DNA from: an uncultured Acidimicrobiaceae bacterium
GTDB taxonomy: Bacteria; Actinomycetota; Acidimicrobiia; Spongiisociales; ZC4RG35
NCBI GenBank assembly: GCA_964485005.1
Contig: CAZAHX010000001.1
Span: 1 to 39,535, forward strand
Length of the DNA: 39,535 nucleotides
Direction of reading: 5' to 3'
Both the position numbers and the translations under genes were made by a program. The notes under the pieces are model-generated. The model had not been told where the DNA came from, made no database searches, and saw only the letters and a program-made list of their open reading frames with translations. Shown one piece after another: positions 9,376 to 18,167 of this stretch (its first letter is position 1; every line of letters starts with the position of its first letter).

Positions 9376-9846
9376 TCACTGCCATGAGGAACCGGTCTGG
9401 AACAGCTCGAGGACGAGACCCCCGACCCGGCGTGTGTCGAAGTAGGCGAACTTACCGCCGTCTTCGAGGATGCCGTGGGAGATGACCTCGTAGCCGAGGC
9501 CGGTCAGCTCTTCGACGTCGCGGTCCAGGTCGTCTGTGTGAGCGCAGATGTGGACCACTCCCTCTCCGTGCTGCTCGAGGAACTCGCCTTGCACCGTCCT
9601 TCCCGAGACCGGCTGCAACAGCTCGAACTCGATGCTTCCCATCTGCGCGATCCGGCCGCGGACCGCGGCATCGGGCGACGGCTCTCCGTACACCCGCCGC
9701 TCGATGGTATGAGCCGACGGGCCCTCCTCGAACGGTCCGATCCCCAGCCTCTCGTAGAACTCCACGGCCTCGTCCAGGTCGCTAACCACCACCCCCACCT
9801 GGTAGGCCCGATCCCATATCCCGGGTCTGGCACGCTCGTCGCTCAT
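9376..9846 (-). CDS. VOC (glyoxalase/bleomycin-resistance/dioxygenase) family protein
   Basis: The ORF extends up to 10032. ATG 9846 is preceded by GGAGAAGGGAG and gives 156 aa. Motifs: YQVGVVVSDLDEAVEFYERLG...IEFELLQP...GVVHICAHTDDLD. Confidence 0.8.
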   Translation of the reverse strand: MSDERARPGIWDRAYQVGVVVSDLDEAVEFYERLGIGPFEEGPSAHTIERRVYGEPSPDAAVRGRIAQMGSIEFELLQPVSGRTVQGEFLEQHGEGVVHICAHTDDLDRDVEELTGLGYEVISHGILEDGGKFAYFDTRRVGGLVLELFQTGSSWQ

Positions 9847-9870
9847 CTCGCTCCCTTCTCCTTGCGACTC

Positions 9871-9886
9871 AGTACGGATCAGTACT
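9871..9886. promoter_or_regulatory. Candidate operator, copy D (AGTAC-GGATCA-GTACT, perfect arms)
   Basis: Lies in the divergent spacer between the VOC-EamA operon (ATG 9846) and tetR2 (9941/9953). A TACTCT hexamer (9883-9888) overlaps its right arm. Confidence 0.6.
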
Positions 9887-9940
9887 CTACCGGGTCGTCG
9901 GTGGCGGCGCCGGGGCGGGAGACGGTGTGGCGCGGCTAGT

Positions 9941-10579
9941 GTGCCGCCCCAGATGTCGGGTACAGTCGAATCAGGTCCTCCCGAGAAACACACCGAGTGG
10001 ACCATCGAGGATGATGACCCCACCCGGGCCACGATCCTGCAGGTGACGCTCGGTTTGCTCGAGGAGCGGGGTTACGCGGCAGTCACCACCGACCTCATCG
10101 CCGCCGAGGCGCAGGTCAGCAAGACGACCATCTACCGCTATTGGCGAACGAAGCAAGAGGCGGTCATCGATGCCATCCGGCTCAAGCTCTTCCCGCTCGA
10201 TGTCCCCGAGCTGGGATCGACCGAGAAGGAGATCCGCTGGATCCTCGAGCACCGGCTGGAGGACTATCGCAACCCGGGCACGCTACGGCTGGTGGGGAGC
10301 CTGGTCGGGGCCTCCACCAGCGACCCCCAGTTCCGTCCCTTGTTCGACGAATGGATCGACCGGCTGGGCGGCGCAATCCGCCAGGTGATACAGCGGGGGA
10401 TCCGACGCGGAGACGTACGAGAGGAGATCGACACCGCAGCTCTGGAGACCCTGATCGCCGGCGTGGTTGCCCGGACGGTGGTGATGCAACACAGCTACCC
10501 CGAGGAGACGGTCGACCACATAATCGAGCTGCTCCGCATGACCTTCCAGCCCGACAGCCCCCAAGAGGAGGGTTCGTAG
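9941..10579 (+). CDS. TetR/AcrR family transcriptional regulator (paralog 2)
   Basis: 212 aa counted from GTG 9941; ATG 9953 is an alternative start. The HTH LLEERGYAAVTTDLIAAEAQVSKTTIYRYWRTKQEAV is nearly identical to that of paralog 1. Confidence 0.9.
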   Translation: MPPQMSGTVESGPPEKHTEWTIEDDDPTRATILQVTLGLLEERGYAAVTTDLIAAEAQVSKTTIYRYWRTKQEAVIDAIRLKLFPLDVPELGSTEKEIRWILEHRLEDYRNPGTLRLVGSLVGASTSDPQFRPLFDEWIDRLGGAIRQVIQRGIRRGDVREEIDTAALETLIAGVVARTVVMQHSYPEETVDHIIELLRMTFQPDSPQEEGS

Positions 10580-10597
10580 CCGTCTTCCCGGCAGGTG

Positions 10598-10613
10598 AGT
10601 ACTGGGTAGTACT
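10598..10613. promoter_or_regulatory. Candidate operator, copy E (AGTAC-TGGGTA-GTACT, perfect arms)
   Basis: About 19 bp after the tetR2 stop and 38 bp before ATG 10652. A TAACCT hexamer (10613-10618) overlaps its right end. Confidence 0.6.
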
Positions 10614-10651
10614 AACCTCGGGCACATGACGCTCCCTTTCCCTGAGCGCGC

Positions 10652-11764
10652 ATGACCACCGTCCTGCTGTCGGGGGTCGGAAACCTGGGGGGCTGGGCCC
10701 TCGAGTTCCTGGCCCGCGCCCCCGGAATCGACCGCATCGTCACCCTCAAACGCAGTGAGTGGGTTGGTCCCTCACGAACGGCCCTGGCCATGATCGGGTC
10801 GGTCTTCTCGGGTCACACCAAGGATTTCAGCCATCACCGGCTCGACCTGGACGACGTGGAAGGAGTGGCTCGGCTGATCGCCGATACGAAGCCTTCTGTC
10901 ATCCTCCACTCGGCCACGGTGGGATCTCCCCGACGGCTGATGCAAGCCGACCTCGACCCGGGAATGAGGGCGACCCTCGAAGCCGCCACGTTCGGGATGT
11001 GGCTGCCCTGGCATCTGCTTCCGGCGACCCGGCTGATGGAGGCGGTGCTCGAGTCGGGGGTAGAGACCCGAGTAGTCAACGCCTCGTTTCCGGATGTCGT
11101 CAACGTGAGCCTGTGGAACGCCCTGGGCGCGGGACCCAGCGCCGGGGCGGGAAACGTGGAAGTCCTGGCCGCCCAGGCCTTTCGTCATGTCGTGGCCCAC
11201 TCCGGAGCCGCTCCCTCGCAGGTGGAGGTGTCCCTCGTCGGTTCCCATGCCCTCCTCACTCACGGTCCGGGAGCGGGCGTCCCCTACCACCTCCACGTCG
11301 CCGTCGGAGGTCGGGACGTCAGCGATGAGTACGACCTGGCCTCCATCGTCGCCGAGAGCCCGGAGCCCATCGACTGGCGGCGAGTCCCTGAGTTCTCCGT
11401 CTTCGCCGCCTCGGCGGTGAAGAATCTGCTCGCCCTGGTGGGCGACGACGCCGTAGCCACCCATGTCACCGGCCCGCTGGGACTCCCGGGTGGCTACCCG
11501 GCCGACATCGGACCCGACGGGGTGCGGTTGAGGCTTCCTCCGGGACTGACGAGAGAGGAGGCCGTGGGGATCAACGAGAGAGCCGCCCGCTGGGATGGGA
11601 TCGAGCGGATCGACGACGATGGGACAGTCGTCTACACAGCTGAGGTCGCCGGAGCGATGGCCGAGCTGGGCTACTCCGTCGACTCGATCTCCGTCGACGA
11701 GGCGGCGCACCGAAGCGAGCAGTTGATGGCCCTGATGGATGACCTGACACGACAGGAGAAATGA
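10652..11764 (+). CDS. NAD(P)-binding Rossmann-fold protein, saccharopine-dehydrogenase-like; function unknown
   Basis: 370 aa. The N-terminal VLLSGVGNLGGWALEFLA is a GxGxxG dinucleotide-binding loop. The overall layout resembles saccharopine-DH-like NAD(P)-binding proteins. I recognise no specific family. Confidence 0.5.
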   Translation: MTTVLLSGVGNLGGWALEFLARAPGIDRIVTLKRSEWVGPSRTALAMIGSVFSGHTKDFSHHRLDLDDVEGVARLIADTKPSVILHSATVGSPRRLMQADLDPGMRATLEAATFGMWLPWHLLPATRLMEAVLESGVETRVVNASFPDVVNVSLWNALGAGPSAGAGNVEVLAAQAFRHVVAHSGAAPSQVEVSLVGSHALLTHGPGAGVPYHLHVAVGGRDVSDEYDLASIVAESPEPIDWRRVPEFSVFAASAVKNLLALVGDDAVATHVTGPLGLPGGYPADIGPDGVRLRLPPGLTREEAVGINERAARWDGIERIDDDGTVVYTAEVAGAMAELGYSVDSISVDEAAHRSEQLMALMDDLTRQEK

Positions 11765-11765
11765 A

Positions 11766-12710
11766 ATGCCCGACTTCGTTCGCCGACCTCTGGCAGGGCT
11801 CTTCCCCCTCATACCCCTCACGCTGGGCACCGACGAAGAGATCGACTTCGACGAGCTGCGTCGAAGTGTCAAGACGGTGGCCGGAGCGGGGGCTCCGGGC
11901 TGCATCGTGTTCGGCTCCATGGGTCAAATGACGAGTGTCTCCGAGCGGGAGTTCGACGCGGTGTGCGAGGCGGCGGTCGAGGTTGGATCAGAGGCCGGGA
12001 TCGCCGTGGTGATCGGCAGCACGGCCAGCTACCAGCGAGAAGCGGTGAGACGGGCCCGCGTGGCGGAACGAGCGGGGGCCGACGGCTCGATGCTCGCCGC
12101 CCCGTACGCACTTCCCCTGTCGCCGGAATGGGTGACCGACTTCTTCGTGGAGGTGGCCGAATCACTGGACGGTGACATGGCTCTGATGCTGTACAACTAC
12201 TCGCCCCTCAATGCCGTGAACGTCACCGCCGAGATGTGGGAGCGCCTGGTGGAAGTGGACAACATCAAGGCGATCAAGGAGTCGAATACGGCCCTCCCCC
12301 ATTTCGACCAGGTGCTTCTCACGGTCGCCGAGCGCATCAACGTGTTCACCGGCAACGACCCGGCCTTCTTCCACGGTTCGACTTTGGGAGCCGCCGGTGC
12401 CACCGGCATCTTCAGCTGGGCCGGCCTGAGAACCGGGGTCCGATTCATCGAAGAGTGCCGGCTGGGTCACCAGGAAGACCCCTGGGTGCGACAGGCGTTC
12501 CGGGCGCTGCAGAACATGTCGGCCGCCATCCGCCGACCGGACATGCCGCCGATGCTCTCCTACGAGCACGGCTACCTCAACGCCCTGTCACAACTCGGCG
12601 GCATCCACCCGGGACCACCCCGCAAGCCCTACAGACCGCTGCCCGACGAGGCGCTCGCCGAGCTGAGAAGCGCAGCTCAACCACTCATGGAGATGGAGGC
12701 GGGACTGTGA
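11766..12710 (+). CDS. Dihydrodipicolinate synthase/N-acetylneuraminate lyase family (class I aldolase) protein
   Basis: 314 aa. The ATG is 1 nt after the upstream TGA. DHDPS-family pattern: GSMGQ (in place of GTTGE), LYNYSP, and IKAIKESN carrying the Schiff-base Lys context. Confidence 0.8.
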   Translation: MPDFVRRPLAGLFPLIPLTLGTDEEIDFDELRRSVKTVAGAGAPGCIVFGSMGQMTSVSEREFDAVCEAAVEVGSEAGIAVVIGSTASYQREAVRRARVAERAGADGSMLAAPYALPLSPEWVTDFFVEVAESLDGDMALMLYNYSPLNAVNVTAEMWERLVEVDNIKAIKESNTALPHFDQVLLTVAERINVFTGNDPAFFHGSTLGAAGATGIFSWAGLRTGVRFIEECRLGHQEDPWVRQAFRALQNMSAAIRRPDMPPMLSYEHGYLNALSQLGGIHPGPPRKPYRPLPDEALAELRSAAQPLMEMEAGL

Positions 12711-13747
12711 GCCCGGGCGATCGCAAACCCGGAGAGATCCTCGTCGTGTCCCGAGGCGACGTAGAGTCTCTCCTCACGCCGGCGGCTTGCCTGGAGCGAT
12801 GCCTCGAGACGTTCGAGTGGGTCGGGCAGGGAGAGGTCGAACAGGTCAACCCGGTCAACCTCTACGTCCATGACCGGTCCCAGCCGGAGCCCCCCTTCGG
12901 GCACGGCGTCGTCCAAGCTTTCCCGGCCATGATCCGGCCGCTGGAGCGGGCGGCGGTGAAATGGCTGTCCAGCTTCCGCAAGAACCCCCGGCGCGGGCTA
13001 CCCGGTATCTCCGCTCTCGACCTCCTCACCGACACGGAGACCGGGATGCCCCTGGCACTGATCGACGGTACTTCCGTGACCAACATGCGAACCGGCGGCC
13101 ACGCCGCCGTCGGAGCCAAGTTCCTCGCCAGGGCCGACTCCAGCACGGTGGCGATCATCGGATGCGGAAACGAGGGACGGACTCACCTGCAGCATCTCGC
13201 CGAGCTCTTCACCCTCAGCAACGCCGTCGCCTTCGACATCGACAGCACCCAGCTCGGGAAGTTCCAAGAGGAGATGTCTCATGATCTGGGCCTCGAGGTG
13301 GCCGCAGCGTCAACCGTCGAAGAGGCCGTGGCCGAGGCAGACATCGTCTGTATCGTCACCAATGCGTCCGGGCCGGTTCTGATGGAGCCGTGGGTACGGG
13401 CGGGAACCCACGTGTGTGCGACCACCGGCTTTTTCGACGTCGACAAGGCCTGCGCCACGAAGTTCGACAAGTGGGTGGTCGGCTGGTACGGGCGGGACCT
13501 GGAGTGGATCGAAGGCCCCGAGGTGGGCAAGCTCGGGGGGTTGAAGCCAGGCGATCTCACCACGGCCGACATATGGGCCGACATCGCCACCGAGATAATG
13601 GGAGGAACCAGACCGGGCCGGGAGTCCGACGACGAGCGGACCATCATGACGCACCTGGGGATGTCTGCCCTCGACGCGGCGGTAGCATCCCTGGTCTACG
13701 ACCTGGCGCTGGAGGCGGGAGCCGGAAACTGGGTCGAGGTCTTCTGA
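12707..13747 (+). CDS. Ornithine cyclodeaminase/mu-crystallin family protein
   Basis: The long ORF 12236-13747 overlaps the upstream gene. An in-frame GTG at 12707 forms a GTGA overlap with that gene's stop and gives 346 aa. Motif: GTSVTNMRTGGHAAVGAKFLARADSSTVAIIGCGNEGRTHL. Confidence 0.85.
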   Translation: MSPGDRKPGEILVVSRGDVESLLTPAACLERCLETFEWVGQGEVEQVNPVNLYVHDRSQPEPPFGHGVVQAFPAMIRPLERAAVKWLSSFRKNPRRGLPGISALDLLTDTETGMPLALIDGTSVTNMRTGGHAAVGAKFLARADSSTVAIIGCGNEGRTHLQHLAELFTLSNAVAFDIDSTQLGKFQEEMSHDLGLEVAAASTVEEAVAEADIVCIVTNASGPVLMEPWVRAGTHVCATTGFFDVDKACATKFDKWVVGWYGRDLEWIEGPEVGKLGGLKPGDLTTADIWADIATEIMGGTRPGRESDDERTIMTHLGMSALDAAVASLVYDLALEAGAGNWVEVF

Positions 13748-13748
13748 T

Positions 13749-14039
13749 ATGGACGAATCGACTACCACTGAGAATCAGCCCGGCAGGGTCGACCTCGATC
13801 TGCTCGATGCAACCCTCGACTACATCCGGCCGGCGCTGCAGTCGGACGGAGGGGACATGATCTTCCACGGGGTCGACGACAAGGGTGTGGTCAAGCTGGA
13901 GCTGCTCGGGGCGTGCGGAACATGTCCACTGTCCATCGTCACCCTCGTGTCAGGGATCGAGCGGCTGGTCATGCAGAGGGTGCCGGGCGTGTCGGGAGTG
14001 GTGGCCCACTCGCCGGCGATTCCCGACCTCGGCGGCTGA
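13749..14039 (+). CDS. NifU C-terminal (Nfu-type) domain protein
   Basis: 96 aa. The ATG is 1 nt after the OCD-like TGA. IRPALQSDGGDMIFHGVDDKGVVKLELLGACGTCPLSIVTLVSGIE matches the Nfu/NifU C-terminal CxxC domain. Confidence 0.85.
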   Translation: MDESTTTENQPGRVDLDLLDATLDYIRPALQSDGGDMIFHGVDDKGVVKLELLGACGTCPLSIVTLVSGIERLVMQRVPGVSGVVAHSPAIPDLGG

Positions 14040-14054
14040 ACCGGTCTCCTACGG

Positions 14055-14924
14055 TTACCAGGAAAGGGCGGAGCGAAGAGTCTCGACGGTCCGGCGCGGC
14101 CCGTCACCGACCCAGTCGACGTCCACGACCACGTCGGTGACGCCTGCTCTCGCAACAGCGGCGAGACGAGAGGCAACGACTGGAGTGGGACCCGGAATCC
14201 GCATCGCCACCCGATCAGGCGCCGCCCGGTCGTTCCTCTCCGCCTCGGCTCGGATACGTGCGACACCCTTCTCGATGACGCCGACGTCTATCTCATGGGC
14301 GTTCTGGAGAGCGAACCAGCCGTCGCCTCTGGTAGCGACCCGACAGAGCGCGGCAGACGACATGCCACCTATGAGGATCGGCAAGTCGCGTACCGGAGTC
14401 GGATAGCACAACAGTCCTTCTGTCACCGGGTAGTGCCCCTGCTCTCTGGGCGATAGCTCACCGGTCCAGCACTCGCGCAGGATCTCGATCCATTCGTCCA
14501 GCACCGCGCCGCGAGCCTCGAAAGGTGCTTGCAGGGCCTGGAACTCCTCTCGCAGCCACCCCGCTCCCACACCGGCGACGATCCTTCCCTCACTCATGAG
14601 GTCGAGGCTGGCCAACTGCTTGGCGAGGATGAGGGGGTTGCGCATCGGGACAATCAGAACACCCACACCGATGTCGACGGACTCAGTCGCCGCCGCGGCC
14701 GTCGCCATGGCGATGAGCGCGTCGACCCACGGCTCCTCCGGGCGCCAGGTCATCGTTCCGTCGGCCGAGAAGGGATACCGAGACGACATCTCTCGCGGCA
14801 TGACGACGTGATCGCTGACCCAGAGGCCGTCGAATCCAGATGCCTCGGCGACTTGCGCCAGCTCCGCCAGGAGACCGACTCCCGGAACCGCGCCGGAGGA
14901 AGGCAGTTTGGCTCCGATTCTCAC
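14055..14924 (-). CDS. LLM-class oxidoreductase (resembles the F420-dependent Rv2161c-type subgroup)
   Basis: 289 aa. GTG 14924 is preceded by AGGACGAG. Motifs: FDGLWVSDHVVMP...GVGAGWLREEF...PILIGG. Confidence 0.85.
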   Translation of the reverse strand: MRIGAKLPSSGAVPGVGLLAELAQVAEASGFDGLWVSDHVVMPREMSSRYPFSADGTMTWRPEEPWVDALIAMATAAAATESVDIGVGVLIVPMRNPLILAKQLASLDLMSEGRIVAGVGAGWLREEFQALQAPFEARGAVLDEWIEILRECWTGELSPREQGHYPVTEGLLCYPTPVRDLPILIGGMSSAALCRVATRGDGWFALQNAHEIDVGVIEKGVARIRAEAERNDRAAPDRVAMRIPGPTPVVASRLAAVARAGVTDVVVDVDWVGDGPRRTVETLRSALSW

Positions 14925-14952
14925 GTTGCTCGTCCTGATCGTTCGCGTCCCG

Positions 14953-15702
14953 TCATGTCAGCCATCCTCCGTCTACCACCAGGGTGTGGCCGGTGATGTA
15001 GCCGGCAGCGCTGGAGGAGATGAAATCCACGGCGCTCGCTACGTCTTCGGGGACTCCGAGCCGGCCGAGGGGTATCTGGCGGGTCGCCTGCTCTGCCAGG
15101 CCGTCGTCTCCCAGCAGGGATCGAACCAGCTCGGTGTCGATCGTTCCGGGAGCGATGGCGTTGACCCGCACCCCGTGAGGTGCCAGCTCTCTGGCAGCCG
15201 AAACGGTCATTCCGCGCACTGCGCTCTTCGACATGTCGTAGGGGACCATGGGGCTCGTCGAGGACGTGAAGGCCGAAGTCGAAGCGACGTTCACTATCGA
15301 CCCGCTACCTCGCCTCACCATGACTCGGGCTGCGGCTCGAAGGACGAAGAACGAACCACGGAGGTTGACCGCCATGAGTCGGTCGAACTCGTCCCTCTCT
15401 ATCTCGGTCAGCGGCTTCGACCAACCGACCCCGGCGTTGTTCACGACCGTGCCCAACGGCACATGGGCGTCGAGTTCGGATACCGTCTTTTCCACCTCGT
15501 CTGTGGCGGTGACGTCCATATGGACGGCGCGCACATCGAGGCCCACGTCTATCAACGGCTGCGTCGCCGCCACTGCCGCCTCGTAGTCGACGTCGGTCAG
15601 GAACACGACATCACCCCGCCGTGCCAGCCGCTCCGCTATCGCAGATCCGATGCCTCCAGCGCCCCCGGTGACGAGGGCGCCGGAGCGCACAGGATCAGGC
15701 AT
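14953..15702 (-). CDS. SDR family oxidoreductase
   Basis: 249 aa with TGGAGGIGSAIA and YDMSKSAV motifs. Confidence 0.9.
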   Translation of the reverse strand: MPDPVRSGALVTGGAGGIGSAIAERLARRGDVVFLTDVDYEAAVAATQPLIDVGLDVRAVHMDVTATDEVEKTVSELDAHVPLGTVVNNAGVGWSKPLTEIERDEFDRLMAVNLRGSFFVLRAAARVMVRRGSGSIVNVASTSAFTSSTSPMVPYDMSKSAVRGMTVSAARELAPHGVRVNAIAPGTIDTELVRSLLGDDGLAEQATRQIPLGRLGVPEDVASAVDFISSSAAGYITGHTLVVDGGWLT

Positions 15703-15714
15703 TCCAGACGTGGC

Positions 15715-16575
15715 TCAGGGCAGTCCCTGAGTAGGGCCGATGATCTCTTCATACAACTGGTCGAGGGTGCCGCTGGCGGTGTAGAAGTCGATCCAGTTGT
15801 CGACGTAGCGCCACCAGATCACGTCGCCCACCGGGACCACCCAGCGGCCATAGGCCTGGCTGAAGGGGTCGTCGGGGTTGAGAACCGACGTGTTGGGATT
15901 CTCCTCGACGAACCGGAAGGCCTGGTACTCCTCGACGACGATGGCATCCGCCCGGCCGGCTGCGACCTCCAGAAAGGCAGGCTGTTGTTCCAGCTCTACC
16001 AATTCCGCGTCGGGGAAGTTGGTGCTCACGAAGTTGGCTGCCGTGGATCCGATCAATGCGGTGATCGTGACATCCGAGGAGTTGAGATCATCCACCGAGT
16101 CGATCCCAGAATCGTCGTTGATCACAGCTACCTGACGGTAAGGAACATACGGCCGTGTGAACCAGAGCTGTTCCGCCCGCTCCGGTCGGTTGACGAGACC
16201 CACCGAGATCATGTCGAACTGGCCGGCCAGCATCCCGGGAATCAACGAGTCGAACTCCTGATCCATGATCTGCAGTTCAACCTGGAGGTCTTCGGCGAGC
16301 ATGGTCACAAGCTCGACGTCGTATCCAGCCGGCTCGTTGTTCTCGTCGCGGTACATCTGTGGCTCGAACTGCAACGTCATGCCGACGATCAATGTCCCAC
16401 GATCCTTGATGACCGACAGGCGGTCCTCACCTGGTGTCGGCGCCGCGCCGCCGTCCTCCGCCGGGACGGTCTCCTGAGCATCTGCGTCCTCGGTGGCCGT
16501 CCCCGTGCACGCGCCCAGGATCAGCGCCGTCACCAGGAGCAACACGAGTTGCCGCCCCATTCTGCTTGTCTTCAT
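15715..16575 (-). CDS. Polar amino-acid ABC transporter substrate-binding lipoprotein (family 3 SBP)
   Basis: 286 aa. GGAAGGAGA lies upstream of ATG 16575. Signal peptide plus lipobox LILGAC, followed by a typical SBP_bac_3 body (GTLIVGMTLQFEP...GYDVEL...FDMISVGL). Confidence 0.85.
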   Translation of the reverse strand: MKTSRMGRQLVLLLVTALILGACTGTATEDADAQETVPAEDGGAAPTPGEDRLSVIKDRGTLIVGMTLQFEPQMYRDENNEPAGYDVELVTMLAEDLQVELQIMDQEFDSLIPGMLAGQFDMISVGLVNRPERAEQLWFTRPYVPYRQVAVINDDSGIDSVDDLNSSDVTITALIGSTAANFVSTNFPDAELVELEQQPAFLEVAAGRADAIVVEEYQAFRFVEENPNTSVLNPDDPFSQAYGRWVVPVGDVIWWRYVDNWIDFYTASGTLDQLYEEIIGPTQGLP

Positions 16576-16587
16576 CAGGTCTCCTTC

Positions 16588-17388
16588 CTACGGTCCGGTG
16601 ATCGGCCCATGGCCCATCGCCTGCGGTTCGTCACTTCCCCCCAGCACCGCTTCTTGCAGTTCCCGCAAGCGAGCGGTGCGTCGACGCTGTCGAAACGAGC
16701 GGAGCGGCTTTACTTCGGTGAGGACGTCGACGGCCGTGAAGCGCTTCTCCAGGTACTTCACGCCGTAATAGATCACCGTGGTGAGCCCCAAGTAGATGAC
16801 CAGGAGCGCGAGATACACCTCGAAATATCGGAAGGTTCGGTTGGCAAGTGTGTTGGTGACACGAAGGAGTTCCGCTACACCGATTATGTAGAGCAACGCC
16901 GAATCTTTGACCATGCCGATGAGCATGTTGCCGGTGGGTGGAATCACTATCCGGGTTGCCTGAGGTAGCGTCACGGTGAAGAAGGTCCAGGGCGATGTCA
17001 TACCTACCGAGAACGCTGCCTCCTTTTGCCCGTGAGGTACGGCTTGGATTCCCGCCCGGAATATCTCGCCCAGCCAGGCGGAATACTGGACGCACAGCGC
17101 TATCATTCCCGCACCGATCGCGGTGAGAAACCGGATATTGAAAGCTATGGCCAGGCCATAGTAAACAAAGAGGATGAACACGAGCATGGGAATAGCCCTG
17201 AATACATTCACATAGAGGGCCATTACCGGTGCGATGATCCGATTCTTCGACATTCGCAACAGTGCCACCACAACACCCAGCACCGTCGATATCGCGAAAG
17301 AGACGACGACGACGAACACCGTTATCTGAAGACCCTGCCAGTAGAGGTCGAGATTCCCTGTCACAACGTCCCAGCGGAAGTCGATCAT
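16588..17388 (-). CDS. Amino-acid ABC transporter permease (His/Glu/Gln/Arg/opine type)
   Basis: 266 aa. Multi-TM protein with the EAA-loop region EAAFSVGMTSPWTFFTVTLPQA. Its ATG overlaps the ATPase stop by 1 nt (TGATG). Confidence 0.9.
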   Translation of the reverse strand: MIDFRWDVVTGNLDLYWQGLQITVFVVVVSFAISTVLGVVVALLRMSKNRIIAPVMALYVNVFRAIPMLVFILFVYYGLAIAFNIRFLTAIGAGMIALCVQYSAWLGEIFRAGIQAVPHGQKEAAFSVGMTSPWTFFTVTLPQATRIVIPPTGNMLIGMVKDSALLYIIGVAELLRVTNTLANRTFRYFEVYLALLVIYLGLTTVIYYGVKYLEKRFTAVDVLTEVKPLRSFRQRRRTARLRELQEAVLGGSDEPQAMGHGPITGP

Positions 17389-18167
17389 CAGAGAACCGCC
17401 TGGATGAAGGCGCGGGTACGTGTTTCCCGGCAGTCGGTATAGAGCTCCCGGCCCCCTTGCTCGACGATCATCCCTTCGTCCATGAAGATGTTGAGGTCTC
17501 CTACCTCACGACCAAACGCCATCTCATGGGTGACGACCACCATCGTCATTCCCTCTATGGCGAGCTCCCTCATGACTGCCAGTACCTCGCCCACCAACTC
17601 CGGATCCAGGGCAGATGTCGGTTCATCGAACAGCATTATCCGGGGTTCCATTGCCAGCGAGCGGGCGATGGCCACCCGCTGTTGCTGGCCCCCCGACAGC
17701 ATCGTGGGATAGCTACCCAGCTTTTTCAACAAGCCGACTCGATGCAGCTGCTTGGCGGCCCGCAACTCTGCTTCCTCCCGGGTCATTTGCTTCACCCGCT
17801 TGAGAGCGATAGCGACGTTGTCGAGGGCTGTCAGGTGCGGAAAGAGGTTGAACTGCTGAAACACCATGCCGATGCGTTGACGGAGCTGACGCGGCTTTCC
17901 CCTCACAGGTGACTGGTTGTCAGGATCGGATAGGTACTCGACACCTTCGAATCTCACGGAGCCGGAGTCGGGTATTTCCAGGAGGTTCATCGTGCGGAGG
18001 AGAGTCGACTTGCCGGAGCCCGATGGGCCGAAGATGACGACGTGTTCTCCCTGAGCCACGTCGAGATCGATTCCATTCAGCACGTGGTTGCTGCCGAATG
18101 ACTTGTGAATTGCGCGCAAGCTGAGGAGTGGATCCGGTTTCACACCATTGAGATAGCGTGCGCTCAC
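17388..18167 (-). CDS. Amino-acid ABC transporter ATP-binding protein
   Basis: 259 aa with Walker [10 protein letters not shown], signature [16 protein letters not shown] and Walker [16 protein letters not shown] start at 18167 with GAGGA upstream. Confidence 0.95.
   Translation of the reverse strand: MSARYLNGVKPDPLLSLRAIHKSFGSNHVLNGIDLDVAQGEHVVIFGPSGSGKSTLLRTMNLLEIPDSGSVRFEGVEYLSDPDNQSPVRGKPRQLRQRIGMVFQQFNLFPHLTALDNVAIALKRVKQMTREEAELRAAKQLHRVGLLKKLGSYPTMLSGGQQQRVAIARSLAMEPRIMLFDEPTSALDPELVGEVLAVMRELAIEGMTMVVVTHEMAFGREVGDLNIFMDEGMIVEQGGRELYTDCRETRTRAFIQAVL

Noticed and set aside
12236-12706. 5' 471 nt of the long ORF 12236-13747 (a 503-aa version of the OCD-like protein)
   Set aside because: This part overlaps the DHDPS-like gene in another frame and translates to Pro/Arg/Gly-rich nonsense. 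The family-typical N-terminus begins at the in-frame GTG 12707, which forms a GTGA overlap with the upstream stop.
14908-16968. 686-aa plus-strand ORF, the longest in the window
   Set aside because: It is antisense to four minus-strand genes with clear family motifs (LLM, SDR, SBP, permease). Its translation is low-complexity, rich in R/G/H/V, and shows no recognisable domain. This is a typical shadow ORF in high-GC DNA.
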